NCBI RefSeq assembly: GCF_009914755.1 | Contig: NC_060933.1 | Length of the DNA stretch: 64,000 nt | Reading direction: 5' to 3' (one strand) | Origin: the human T2T-CHM13v2.0 reference genome, Homo sapiens | In this document: positions 13,101 to 27,500 of the stretch, in pieces | How the letters are laid out: every line of letters starts with the position of its first letter | Position numbering within the stretch: the first letter of the stretch is position 1 | The notes under the pieces: generated by a model | What the model was told of the DNA's origin: nothing | Database searches by the model: none | The model's input: only the letters and a program-made list of their open reading frames with translations | Made by a program: the position numbers and the translations under genes

Positions 13101-16100
13101 GGAATGGAATGGTAAGGAATAGAATTGAATGGAAAGAATTGTAATGGAATGGAATTGAATGGAATGGAATGGAATGGAATGGAATCAACGCGAGTGCAGG
13201 GGAATGTAACGGAACGGAATGCAATGGAATGGAATCATCCGGAATGGAATGGAATGGAATGGAATGGAATGGAATCAACCCGAGTGCAATGGAATGGAGT
13301 GGAATGGAATGGAATGGAATGGAACAACCCGAATGGAATGGAATGTAATGGAGAGTAAGGGAGTTGAATAGAATCAATCGGAATGTAATGGAATGGAATG
13401 CAACGGAATGGAATGGAATGGAATGGAATGGAATGGAATGGAATGCAATGGAATTGAATCAACCCGAGTGCAATAGAATGGAATCGAAAGGAATGGAATG
13501 CAATGGAATGGATTCAACTTGAATGGAATGGAAAGAATGGAATCAACACGAGTGGAATGGCATGGATTGGAATGGAATGGAATGGAATCAACCCGAGTAC
13601 AGGGGAATGGAATGGAATGGAATGCAATGGAATGGAATCATCCGTAATGGAATGGAAAAGAATGGAATGGAATGGAATGGAATGGAATGGAATGGAATGG
13701 AATCAAACTCGATTGCAATCGAATGGAATGGAATGGAATTAACCCGAATAGAATGGAATGGAATGGAATGGAATGGAACGGAACGGAATGGAATGGAATT
13801 GAATGGAATGGAACGGAACGGAATGGAATGGAATGGAATGGAATGGAATGGAATCAACGCGAGTGCAGGGGAATGGAATGGAATGGAATGCAATGGAATG
13901 GAATCTTCCGGAATGGAATGGAATGGAATGAAATGCAATGGATTCAACTCGATTGCAATGGAATGGAATAGAATGGAATGGAATGGAATGGAATGGAATG
14001 GAATGGAATGGAATTAATCCGAATAGAATGGAATGGAATGGAATGGAACGGAATGGAACGGAATGGAATGGAATGGAATGGAATGGAATGGAATGGAATG
14101 GTATGGAATGGAATGGAATGGTATGGAATAGAATGGAATGGAACGAATTGTAATGGAATGGAATTGAATGGAATGGAATGGAATGGATTGGAATCAACGC
14201 GAGTGCAGGGGAATGTAATGGAACGGAATGCAATGGAATGTAATCATCCGGAATGGAATGGAATGGAATGGAATGGAATGGAATGGAATCAACCCGAGTG
14301 CAATGGAATGTAATGGAGAGTAAGGGAGTTGAATAGAATCAATCCGAATGTAATGGAATGGAATGCAACGGAATGGAATGGAATGGAATGGAATGGAATG
14401 GAATGCAATGGAATTGAATCAACCCGAGTACAATGGAATGGAATGGAATGGAATGGAATGGAATGGAATGGAATGGAATGATACGGAATAGAATGGAATG
14501 GAACGAAATGGAATGGAATGGAATGGAATGGAATGGAATGGAATTGAATGGAATGGAATGGAATCGCTCCGAATGGAATAGGAGGGAATGTATTCGAGTG
14601 GAATGGAAAGGAATGGTATCAACCAGAGTGGAATGGAAGGGAATGGAATGGAATGGAAACTAATAGAATGGAATCAACCCGAGTGGAATGGAATGGAAAG
14701 GACTGGAATGGAATGGAATGGAATGGAATCAACTCGATTGTAATGGAATGGAATGGAATGGAATGGAATGGAATTAACCCGAATACAATGGAATGGAATG
14801 GAATGGAACGGAATGGAGTGGAATGGAATGGAATGAACCCGAGTGCAGGGGAATGGAATGGAATGGAATGCAATGGAATGGAATCATCCGGAATGGAATG
14901 GAATGGAATGGAATGCAAAGCAATGGAATCAACTCGATTGCAATGGAATGGAATGGAATGGAAAGGAATACATGGGAATCAACCCGAGTGGAATGGAACG
15001 GAAAGGACTGGAATGGAGTGGAATGGAATGGAATGGAATGGAATGGAATCAACTCGATTGGAATGGAATGGAATGGAATGGAATGGAATTAACCCGAATA
15101 GAATGGAATGGAATGGAATGGAACGGAACGGAATGGAATGGAATGGAATGGAATGGAATGGAATGGAATGGAATGGAATCAACCCGACTGCAGGGGAATG
15201 GAATGGAATGGAATGCAATGGAATGGAATCTTCCGGAATGGAATGGAATGGAATGGAATGGAATGAAATGCAATGGATTCAACTCGATTGCAATGGAATG
15301 GAATAGAATGGAATGGAATGGAATGGAATGGAATTAATCCGAATAGAATGGAATGGAATGGAATGGAACGGAATGGAACGGAATGGAATGGAATGGAATG
15401 GAATGGAATGGAATGGTATGGAATGGAATGGAATGGTATGGAATAGAATGGAATGGAACGAATTGTAATGGAATGGAATTGAATGGAATGGAATGGAATG
15501 GATTGGAATCAACGCGAGTGCAGGGGAATGTAATGGAACGGAATGCAATGGAATGTAATCATCCGGAATGGAATGGAATGGAATGGAATGGAATGGAATG
15601 GAATGGAATGGAATCAACCCGAGTGCAATGGAATGTAATGGAGAGTAAGGGAGTTGAATAGAATCAATCCGAATGTAATGGAATGGAATGCAACGGAATG
15701 GAATGGAATGGAATGGAATGGAATGGAATGCAATGGAATTGAATCAACCCGAGTACAATGGAATGGAATGGAATGGAATGGAATGGAATGGAATGGAATG
15801 ATACGGAATAGAATGGAATGGAACGAAATGGAATGGAATGGAATGGAATGGAATGGAATGGAATTGAATGGAATGGAATGGAATCGCTCCGAATGGAATA
15901 GGAGGGAATGTATTCGAGTGGAATGGAAAGGAATGGTATCAACCAGAGTGGAATGGAAGGGAATGGAATGGAATGGAAACTAATAGAATGGAATCAACCC
16001 GAGTGGAATGGAATGGAAAGGACTGGAATGGAATGGAATGGAATGGAATCAACTCGATTGTAATGGAATGGAATGGAATGGAATGGAATGGAATTAACCC

Positions 16101-18585
16101 GAATACAATGGAATGGAATGGAATGGAACGGAATGGAGTGGAATGGAATGGAATGAACCCGAGTGCAGGGGAATGGAATGGAATGGAATGCAATGGAATG
16201 GAATCATCCGGAATGGAATGGAATGGAATGGAATGCAAAGCAATGGAATCAACTCGATTGCAATGGAATGGAATGGAATGGAAAGGAATACATGGGAATC
16301 AACCCGAGTGGAATGGAATGGAAAGGACTGGAATGGAGTGGAATGGAATGGAATGGAATGGAATGGAATCAACTCGATTGGAATGGAATGGAATGGAATG
16401 GAATGGAATTAACCCGAATAGAATGGAATGGAATGGAATGGAACGGAACGGAATGGAATGGAATGGAATGGAATGGAATGGAATGGAATGGAATGGAATG
16501 GAATCAACCCGACTGCAGGGGAATGGAATGGAATGGAATGCAATGGAATGGAATCTTCCGGAATGGAATGGAATGGAATGGAATGGAATGAAATGCAATG
16601 GATTCAACTCGATTGCAATGGAATGGAATAGAATGGAATGGAATGGAATGGAATGGAATGGAATTAACCCGCATAGAATGGAATGGAATGGAATGGAATG
16701 GAATGGAATGGAATTAATTCGAATCGAATGGAATGGAATGGAATGGAATGGAATGGAATCAACTCGATTGCAATCGAATGGAATGGAATGGAATTAACCC
16801 GAATGGAATGGAATGGAATGGAATGGAACGGAACGGAATGGAATGGAATGGAATGGAATGGAACGGAAAGGAAGGGAATGGAATGGAATAGAATGGAATG
16901 GAATGGAATCAACGCGAGTGCAGGGGAATGGAATGGAATGGAATGCAATGGAATGGAATCTTCCGGAATGGAATGGAATGGAATGGAATGGAATGGAATC
17001 AACCCGAGTGCAATGGAATGGAGTGGAATGGAATGGAATGGAATGGAACAACCCGAATGGAATGGAATGTAATGGAGAGTAAGGGAGTTGAATAGAATCA
17101 ATCCGAATGTAATGGAATGGAATGGAACGGAATGTAATTGAATGGAATGGAATGGAATGCAATGGAATCGAATCAACCCGAGTGCAATGGAATGGAGAGG
17201 AATGGAATGGAATGGAATGGAAACTACCCGAATGGAATGGAATGTAATGGAGTGTAAGGGAATTGAATAGAATCAATCCGAATGTAATGGAATGGAATGG
17301 AACGGAATGGAATGGAATGGAATGGAATGGAATGGAATGGAATGCAATGGAATGGAATCAACCCGAGTGCAATCGAATGGAATCGAATGGAATGGAATGC
17401 AATGGAATGGATTCAACTTGAATGGAATGGAAAGAATGGAATCAACACGAGTGGAATGGCATGGATTGGAATGAAATGGAATGGAATCAACCCGAGTACA
17501 GGGGAATGGAATGGAATGGAATGCAATGGAATGGAATCATCCGTAATGGAATGGAAAGGAATGGAATGGAAAGGAATCAACTCGATTGCAATAGAATGGA
17601 ATGGAATGGAATTAACCCGAATAGAATGGAATGGAATGGAATGGAACGGAACGGAATGGAATGGAATGGAATGGAATGGAATGGAACGGAATGGAATGGA
17701 ATGGAATGGAATGGAATCAACGCGAGTGCAGGGGAATGGAATGGAATGGAATGCAATGGAATGGAATCTTCCGGAATGGAATGGAATGGAATGGAATGAA
17801 ATGCAATGGATTCAACTCGATTGCAATGGAATGGAATAGAATGGAATGGAATGGAATGGAATGGAATTAATCCGAATAGAATGGAATGGAATGGAATGGA
17901 ACGGAATGGAACGGAATGGAATGGAATGGAATGGAATGGAATGGTATGGAATGGAATGGAATGGTACGGAATAGAATGGAATGGAACGAATTGTAATGGA
18001 ATGGAATTGAATGGAATGGAATGGAATCAACGCGAGTGCAGGGGAATGTAATGGAACGGAATGCAATGGAATGGAATCATCCGGAATGGAATGGAATGGA
18101 GTGGAATGGAATGGAATGGAATGGAATGGAATCAACCCGAGTGCAATGGAATGGAGTGGAATGGAATGGAATGGAATGGAACAACCCGAATGGAGTGGAA
18201 TGTAACGTAGAGTAAGGGAGTTGAATAGAATCAATCCGAATGTAATGGAATGGAATGCAACGGAATGGAATGGAATGGAATGGAATGGAATGCAATGGAA
18301 TTGAATCAACCCGAGTACAAAGGAATGGAATGGAATGGAATGGAATGGAATGGAATGGAATGGAATGATACGGAATAGAATGGAATGGAATGGAATGGAA
18401 TGGAATGGAATGGAATGGAATGGAATCGTTCCGAGTGGAATAGGAGGGAATGTGTTCGAGTGGAATGGAAAGGAATGGTATCAACCAGAGTGGAATGGAA
18501 GGGAATGGAATGGAATGGAAACTAATAGAATGGAATCAACCCGAGTGGAATGGAATGGAAAGGACTGGAATGGAATGGAATGGAA
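7150..18585 (+). repeat. Large tandem duplication, copy A (about 11.43 kb)
   Basis: Identical or nearly identical ORF translations at an offset of 11433 (7383/18816, 8191/19624, 9316/20749, 11602/23035, 12655/24088, 13503/24936). Shared rare variants include AAAGGTGTGTAA (about 13089/24521) and GCAATGACATGG (about 9711/21144). Confidence 0.95.
13900..16660 (+). repeat. Two tandem copies of a 1320-1325 bp higher-order unit
   Basis: Private variants CGCTCCGAAT, GAATGAACCCGAGTGCAGGGG, TACATGGGAATC and GTAATCATCC. ORF offset 1320 (14548/15868, 14619/15939). Confidence 0.95.
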
Positions 18586-21500
18586 TGGAATGGAATGGAA
18601 CGGAACGGAATGGAATGGAATGGAATGGAATGGAATGGAATGGAATCAATGCGAGTGCAGAGGAATGGAATGGAATGGAATGGAATGCAATGGAATGGAA
18701 TCTTCCGGAATGGAATGGAATGGAATGGAATGGAATGGAATGGAATGAAATGCAATGGATTCAACTCGATTGCAATGGAATGGAATAGAATGGAATGGAA
18801 TGGAATGCAATGGAATTAATTCGAATAGAATGTAATGGAATGGAATGGAACGGAATGGAACCGAATGGAATGGAATGGAATGGAATGGAATGGTATGGAA
18901 TGGAATGGAATGGTACGGAATAGAATGGAATGGAACGAATTGTAATGGTATGGAATTGAATGGAATGGAATGGAATGGAATGGAATCAACGCGAGTGCAG
19001 GGGAATGTAATGGAACGGAATGCAATGGAATGGAATCATCCGGAATGGAATGGAATGGAATGGAATGGAATGGAATCAACCCGAGTGCAATGGAATGGAG
19101 TGGAATGGAATGGAATGGAATGGAAAAACCCGAATGGAATGGAATGTAATGGAGAGTAAGGGAGTTGAATAGAATCAATCAGAATGTAATGGAATGGAAT
19201 GCAACGGAATGGAATGGAATGGAATGGAATGGAATGGAATGTAATGGAATGCAATGGAATGGAATCAACCCGAGTACAATGGAATGGATTGGAATGGAAT
19301 GGAATGGAATGGAATGGAATGGAATGATACGGAATAGAATGGAATGGAAAGAAATGGAATGGAATGGAATGGAATGGAATGGAATGGAATGGAATGGAAT
19401 CGTTCTGAGTGGAATAGGAGGGAATGTATTCGAGTGGAATGGAAAGGAATGGAAAAAACCTGAGTGGAATGGAAGGGAATGGAATGGAATGGAAACTAAT
19501 AGAATGGAATCAACCCGAGAGGAATGGAATGGAAAGGACTGGAATGGAATGGAATGGAATGGAATCAACTCGATTGTAATGGAATGGAATGGAATGGAAT
19601 GGAATTAACCCGAATACAATGTAATGGAATGGAATGGAACGGAATGGAGTGGAATCGAATGGAATCAACCTGAGTGCAGGGGAATGGAATGGAATGGAAT
19701 GCAATGGAATGGAATCATCCGGAATGGAATGGAATGGAATGGAATGCAAAGCAATGGAATCAACTCGATTGCAATGGAATGGAATGGAATGGAAAGGAAT
19801 ACATTGGAATCAACACGAGTGGAATGGAATGGAAAGGACTGGAATGGAGTGGAATGGAATGGAATGGAATGGAATGGAATGGAAACAACTCGATTGGAAT
19901 GGAATGGAATGGAATGGAATGGAATGGAATGGAATGGAATTAATCCGAATAGAATGGAATGGAATGGAATGGAACTGAATGGAATGGAACGGAATGGAAT
20001 GGAATGGAATGGAATGGAAACAACCCGACTGCAGGGGAATGGAATGGAATGGAATGCAATGGAATGGATTCAACTTGAATGGAATGGAAAGAATGGAATC
20101 AACACGAGTGGAATGGCATGGATTGGAATGGAATGGAATGGAATCAACACGAGTACAGGGGAATGGAATGGAATGGAATGCAATGGAATGGAATCATCCG
20201 TAATGGAATGGAAAGCAATGGAATGGAATGGAATGGAATGGAATGGAATGGAACTCAACTCGATTGCAATCGAATGGAATGGAATGGAATTAACCAGAAT
20301 AGAATGGAGTGGAATGGAATGGAATGGAACGGAACGGCATGGAATGGAATGGAATGGAATGGAATGGAATGGAACGGAACAGAACGGAATGGATGGAATG
20401 GAATGGAATGGAATGGAATGGAATCAACGCGAGTGCAGGGGAATGGAATGGAGTGGAATGCAATGGAATGGAATCTTCCGGAATGGAATGGAATGGAATG
20501 GAATGGAATGAACTGCAATGGATTCAACTCGATTGCAATGGAATGGAATAGAATGGAATGGAATGGAATGGAATGGAATTAACCCGAATAGAATGGAATG
20601 GAATGGAATGGAACGGAATGGAACGGAATGGAATGGAATGGAATGGAATGGAATGGTATGGAATGGAATGGAATGGTACTGAATAGAATGGAATGGAACG
20701 AATTGTAATGGAATGGAACTGAATGGAATGGAATGGAATGGAATGGAATCAACGCGAGTGCAGGGGAATGTAATGGAACGGAATGCAATGGAATGGAATC
20801 ATCCGGAATGGAATGGAATGGAATGGAATGGAATGGAATGGAATGAAATCAACCCGAGTGCAATGGAATGGAGTGGAATGGAATGGAATGGAATGGAACA
20901 ACCCGAATGGAATGGAATGTAATGGAGAGTAAGGGAGTGGAATAGAATCAATCCGAATGTAATGGAATGGAATGCAACGGAATGGAATGGAATGGAATGG
21001 AATGGAATGGAATGGAATGCAAAGGAATGGAATCAACCCGAGTGGAATTGCATGGAATGGAATGTAATGGAATGGAATGGAATGGAATCAACTCGAGTGG
21101 AAAGGAATGGAATGGAATGGAATGGAATGGAATGGAATGGAATGCAATGACATGGAATCAACCCGAGTGCAATAGAATGGAATCGAATGGAATGGAATGC
21201 AATGGAATGGATTCAACTTGAATGGAATGGAAAGAATGGAATCAACACGAGTGGAATGGCATGGATTGGAATGGAATGGAATGGAATCAACCCGAGTACA
21301 GGGTAATGGAATGGAATGGAATGCAATGGAATGGAATCATCCGTAATGGAATGGAATGGAATGGAATAGAATGGAATGGAATGGAATGGAATCAACTCGA
21401 TTGCAATCGAATGGAATGGAATGGAATTAACCCGAATAGAATGGAATGGAATGCAACGGAACGGAATGGAATGGAATGGAATGGAACGGAACGGAACGGA

Positions 21501-24500
21501 ATGGAATGGAATGGAATGGAATCAACGCGAGTGTAGGGGAATGGAATGGAATGCAATGGAATGGAATCTTCCGGAATGGAATGGAATGGAATGGAATGGA
21601 ATGGAATGAAATGCAATGGATTCAACTCGATTGCAATGGAATGGAATAGAATGTAATGGAATGGAATGGAATGGAATTAATCCGAATAGAATGGAATGGA
21701 ATGGAATGGAACGGAATGGAACGGAATGGAATGGAATGGAATGGAATGGTATGGAATGGAATGGAATGGTACGGAATAGAATGGAATGGAACGAATTGTA
21801 ATGGAATTGAATTGAATGGAATGGAATGGAATGGAATGGAATCAACGCGATTGCAGGGGAATGTAATGGAACGGAATGCAATGGAATGGAATCATCCGGA
21901 ATGGAATGGAATGGAATGGAATGGAATGGAATGGAATCAACCCGAGTGCAATGGAATGTAATGGAGAGTAAGGGAGTTGAATAGAATCAATCCGAATGTA
22001 ATGGAATGCAATGTAACGGAATGGAATGGAATGGAATGGAATGGAAAGGAATGGAATGGAATGCAATGGAATTGAATCAACCCGAGTACAATGGAATGGA
22101 ATGGAATGGAATGGAATGGAATGGAATGGAATCGAATGGAATGATACGGAATAGAATGGAATGGAACGAAATGGAATGGAATGGAATGGAATGGAATGGA
22201 ATCGTTCTGAGTGGAATAGGAGGGAATGTATTCGAGTGGAATGGAAAGGAATGGTATCAACCAGAGTGGAATGGAAGGGAATGGAATGGAATGGAAACTA
22301 ATAGAATGGAATCAACCCGAGTGGAATGGAATGGAAAGGACTGGAATGGAATGGAATGGAATGGAATCAACTCGATTGTAATGGAATGGAATGGAATGGA
22401 ATGGAATGGAATTAACCCGAATACAATGGAATGGAATGGAATGGAACGGAATGGAGTAGAATGCAATGGAATCAACCCGAGTGCAGGGGAATGGAATGGA
22501 ATGGAATGCAATGGAATGGAATCATCCGGAATGGAATGGAATGGAATGGAATGCAAAGCAACGGAATCAACTCGATTGCAATGGAATGGAATGGAATGGA
22601 AAGGAATAAATTGGAATCAACCCGAGTGGAATGGAATGGAAAGGAGTGGAATGGAGTGGAATGGAATGGAATGGAATGGAATGGAATCAACTCGATTGGA
22701 ATGGAATGGAATGGAATGGAATGGAATGGAATGGAATGGAATCAACCCGAGTACAATGGAATGGAGTGGAATGGAATGGAATGGAATGGAACAACCCGAA
22801 TGGAATGGAATGTAATGGAGAGTAAGGGAGTTGAATAGAATCAATCCGAATGTAATGGAATGGAATGGAACGGAATGGAATTGAATGGAATGGAATGGAA
22901 TGCAATTGAATGGAATCAACCCGAGTGCAATGCAATGGAGAGGAATGGAATGGAATGGAATGGAAACTACCCGAATGGAATGGAATGTAATGGAGTGTAA
23001 GGGAATTGAATAGAATCAATCCGAATGTAATGGAATGGAATGGAACGGAATGGAATGGAATGGAATGCAATGGAATGGAATGGAATGCAATGGAATGGAA
23101 TCAACACGAGTGCAATCGAATGGAATCGAATGGAATGGAATGCAATGGAATGGATTCAACTTGAATGGAATGGAAAGAATGGAATCAACACGAGTGGAAT
23201 GGCATGGATTGGAATGGAATGGAATGGAATCAACCCGAGTACAGGGGAATGGAATGGAATGGAATGCAAAGGAATGGAATCATCCGTAATGGAATGGAAA
23301 GGAATGGAATGGAATGGAATGGAATGGAATGGAATCAACTCGATTGCAATCGAATGGAATGGAATGGAATTAACCCGAATAGAATGGAATGGAATGGAAT
23401 GGAACGGAACGGAATGGAATGGAATGGAATGGAACGGAACGGAACGGAATGGATGGAATGGAATGGAATGGAATGGAATGGAATCAACGCGAGTGCAGGG
23501 GAATGGAATGGAATGGAATGCAATGGAATGGAATCTTCCGGAATGGAATGGAATGGAATGGAATGGAATGAAATGCAATGGATTCAACTCGATTGCAATG
23601 GAATGGAATGGAATGGAATGGAATGGAATGGAATGGAATGGAATGGAATTAACCCGCATAGAATGGAATGGAATGGAATGGAATGGAATGGAATTAATTC
23701 GAATAGAATGGAATGGAATGGAATGGAAAGGAATGGAACAGAATGTAATGGTACGGAATAGAATGGAATGGAACGAATTGTAATGGAATGGAATTGAATG
23801 GAATGGAATGGAATGGAATGGAATCAACGCGAGTGCAGGGGAATGTAATGGAACGGAATGCAATGGAATGGAATCATCCGGAATGGAATGGAATGGAATG
23901 GAATGGAATGGAATCAACCCGAGTGCAATGGAATGGAGTGGAATGGAATTGAATGGAATGGAACAACCCGAATGGAATGGAATGTAATGGAGAGTAAGGG
24001 AGTTGAATAGAATCAATCCGAATGTAATGGAATGGAATGCAACGGAATGGAATTGAATGGAATGGAATGGAATGGAATGGAATTGAATCAACCCGAGTAC
24101 AATGGAATGGAATGGAATGGAATGGAATGGAATGGAATGGAATGGAATGGAATGGAATGGAATGATACGGAATAGAATGGAATGGAACGAAATGGAATGG
24201 AATGGAATGGAATGGAATGGAATGGAATCGTTCTGAGTGGAATAGGAGGGAATGTATTCGAGTGGAATGGAAAGGAATGGAAAAATCCTGAGTGGAATGG
24301 AAGGGAATGGAATGGAATAGAAACTAATAGAATGGAATCAACCCGAGAGGAATGGAATGGAAAGGACTGGAATGGAATGGAATGGAATGGAATCAACTCG
24401 ATTGTAATGGAATTGAATGGAATGGAATGGAATGGAATGGAATTAACCCGAATAGAATGGAATGGAATGGAATGGAACGGAATGGAACGGAATGGAATGG

Positions 24501-27500
24501 AATGGAATGGAATGGAATGGAAAGGTGTGTAATGGAATGGAATGGTAAGGAATAGAATTGAATGGAAAGAATTGTAATGGAATGGAATTGAATGGAATGG
24601 AATGGAATGGAATGGAATCAACGCGAGTGCAGGGGAATGTAACGGAACGGAATGCAATGGAATGGAATCATCCGGAATGGAATGGAATGGAATGGAATGG
24701 AATGGAATCAACCCGAGTGCAATGGAATGGAGTGGAATGGAATGGAATGGAATGGAACAACCCGAATGGAATGGAATGTAATGGAGAGTAAGGGAGTTGA
24801 ATAGAATCAATCGGAATGTAATGGAATGGAATGCAACGGAATGGAATGGAATGGAATGGAATGGAATGGAATGGAATGCAATGGAATTGAATCAACCCGA
24901 GTGCAATAGAATGGAATCGAAAGGAATGGAATGCAATGGAATGGATTCAACTTGAATGGAATGGAAAGAATGGAATCAACACGAGTGGAATGGCATGGAT
25001 TGGAATGGAATGGAATGGAATCAACCCGAGTACAGGGGAATGGAATGGAATGGAATGCAATGGAATGGAATCATCCGTAATGGAATGGAAAAGAATGGAA
25101 TGGAATGGAATGGAATGGAATGGAATGGAATGGAATCAAACTCGATTGCAATCGAATGGAATGGAATGGAATTAACCCGAATAGAATGGAATGGAATGGA
25201 ATGGAATGGAACGGAACGGAATGGAATGGAATTGAATGGAATGGAACGGAACGGAATGGAATGGAATGGAATGGAATGGAATGGAATGGAATCAACGCGA
25301 GTGCAGGGGAATGGAATGGAATGGAATGCAATGGAATGGAATCTTCCGGAATGGAATGGAATGGAATGAAATGCAATGGATTCAACTCGATTGCAATGGA
25401 ATGGAATAGAATGGAATGGAATGGAATGGAATGGAATGGAATGGAATTAATCCGAATAGAATGGAATGGAATGGAATGGAACGGAATGGAACGGAATGGA
25501 ATGGAATGGAATGGAATGGAATGGAATGGAATGGTATGGAATGGAATGGAATGGTATGGAATAGAATGGAATGGAACGAATTGTAATGGAATGGAATTGA
25601 ATGGAATGGAATGGAATGGATTGGAATCAACGCGAGTGCAGGGGAATGTAATGGAACGGAATGCAATGGAATGTAATCATCCGGAATGGAATGGAATGGA
25701 ATAGAATGGAATGGAATGGAATCAACCCGAGTGCAATGGAATGTAATGGAGAGTAAGGGAGTTGAATAGAATCAATCCGAATGTAATGGAATGGAATGCA
25801 ACGGAATGGAATGGAATGGAATGGAATGGAATGGAATGCAATGGAATTGAATCAACCCGAGTACAATGGAATGGAATGGAATGGAATGGAATGGAATGGA
25901 ATGGAATGATACGGAATAGAATGGAATGGAACGAAATGGAATGGAATGGAATGGAATGGAATGGAATGGAATTGAATGGAATGGAATGGAATCGCTCCTA
26001 ATGGAATAGGAGGGAATGTATTCGAGTGGAATGGAAAGGAATGGTATCAACCAGAGTGGAATGGAAGGGAATGGAATGGAATGGAAACTAATAGAATGGA
26101 ATCAACCCGAGTGGAATGGAATGGAAAGGACTGGAATGGAATGGAATGGAATGGAATCAACTCGATTGTAATGGAATGGAATGGAATGGAATGGAATGGA
26201 ATTAACCCGAATACAATGGAATGGAATGGAATGGAACGGAATGGAGTGGAATGGAATGGAATGAACCCGAGTGCAGGGGAATGGAATGGAATGGAATGCA
26301 ATGGAATGGAATCATCCGGAATGGAATGGAATGGAATGGAATGCAAAGCAATGGAATCAACTCGATTGCAATGGAATGGAATGGAATGGAAAGGAATACA
26401 TGGGAATCAACCCGAGTGGAATGGAATGGAAAGGACTGGAATGGAGTGGAATGGAATGGAATGGAATGGAATGGAATCAACTCGATTGGAATGGAATGGA
26501 ATGGAATGGAATGGAATTAACCCGAATAGAATGGAATGGAATGGAATGGAACGGAACGGAACGGAATGGAATGGAATGGAATGGAATGGAATGGAATGGA
26601 ATGGAATGGAATCAACCCGACTGCAGGGGAATGGAATGGAATGGAATGCAATGGAATGGAATCTTCCGGAATGGAATGGAATGGAATGGAATGGAATGAA
26701 ATGCAATGGATTCAACTCGATTGCAATGGAATGGAATAGAATGGAATGGAATGGAATGGAATGGAATTAATCCGAATAGAATGGAATGGAATGGAATGGA
26801 ACGGAATGGAACGGAATGGAATGGAATGGAATGGAATGGAATGGAATGGTATGGAATGGAATGGAATGGTATGGAATAGAATGGAATGGAACGAATTGTA
26901 ATGGAATGGAATTGAATGGAATGGAATGGAATGGATTGGAATCAACGCGAGTGCAGGGGAATGTAATGGAACGGAATGCAATGGAATGTAATCATCCGGA
27001 ATGGAATGGAATGGAATGGAATGGAATGGAATGGAATGGAATCAACCCGAGTGCAATGGAATGTAATGGAGAGTAAGGGAGTTGAATAGAATCAATCCGA
27101 ATGTAATGGAATGGAATGCAACGGAATGGAATGGAATGGAATGGAATGGAATGGAATGCAATGGAATTGAATCAACCCGAGTACAATGGAATGGAATGGA
27201 ATGGAATGGAATGGAATGGAATGGAATGATACGGAATAGAATGGAATGGAACGAAATGGAATGGAATGGAATGGAATGGAATGGAATGGAATTGAATGGA
27301 ATGGAATGGAATCGCTCCGAATGGAATAGGAGGGAATGTATTCGAGTGGAATGGAAAGGAATGGTATCAACCAGAGTGGAATGGAAGGGAATGGAATGGA
27401 ATGGAAACTAATAGAATGGAATCAACCCGAGTGGAATGGAATGGAAAGGACTGGAATGGAATGGAATGGAATGGAATCAACTCGATTGTAATGGAATGGA

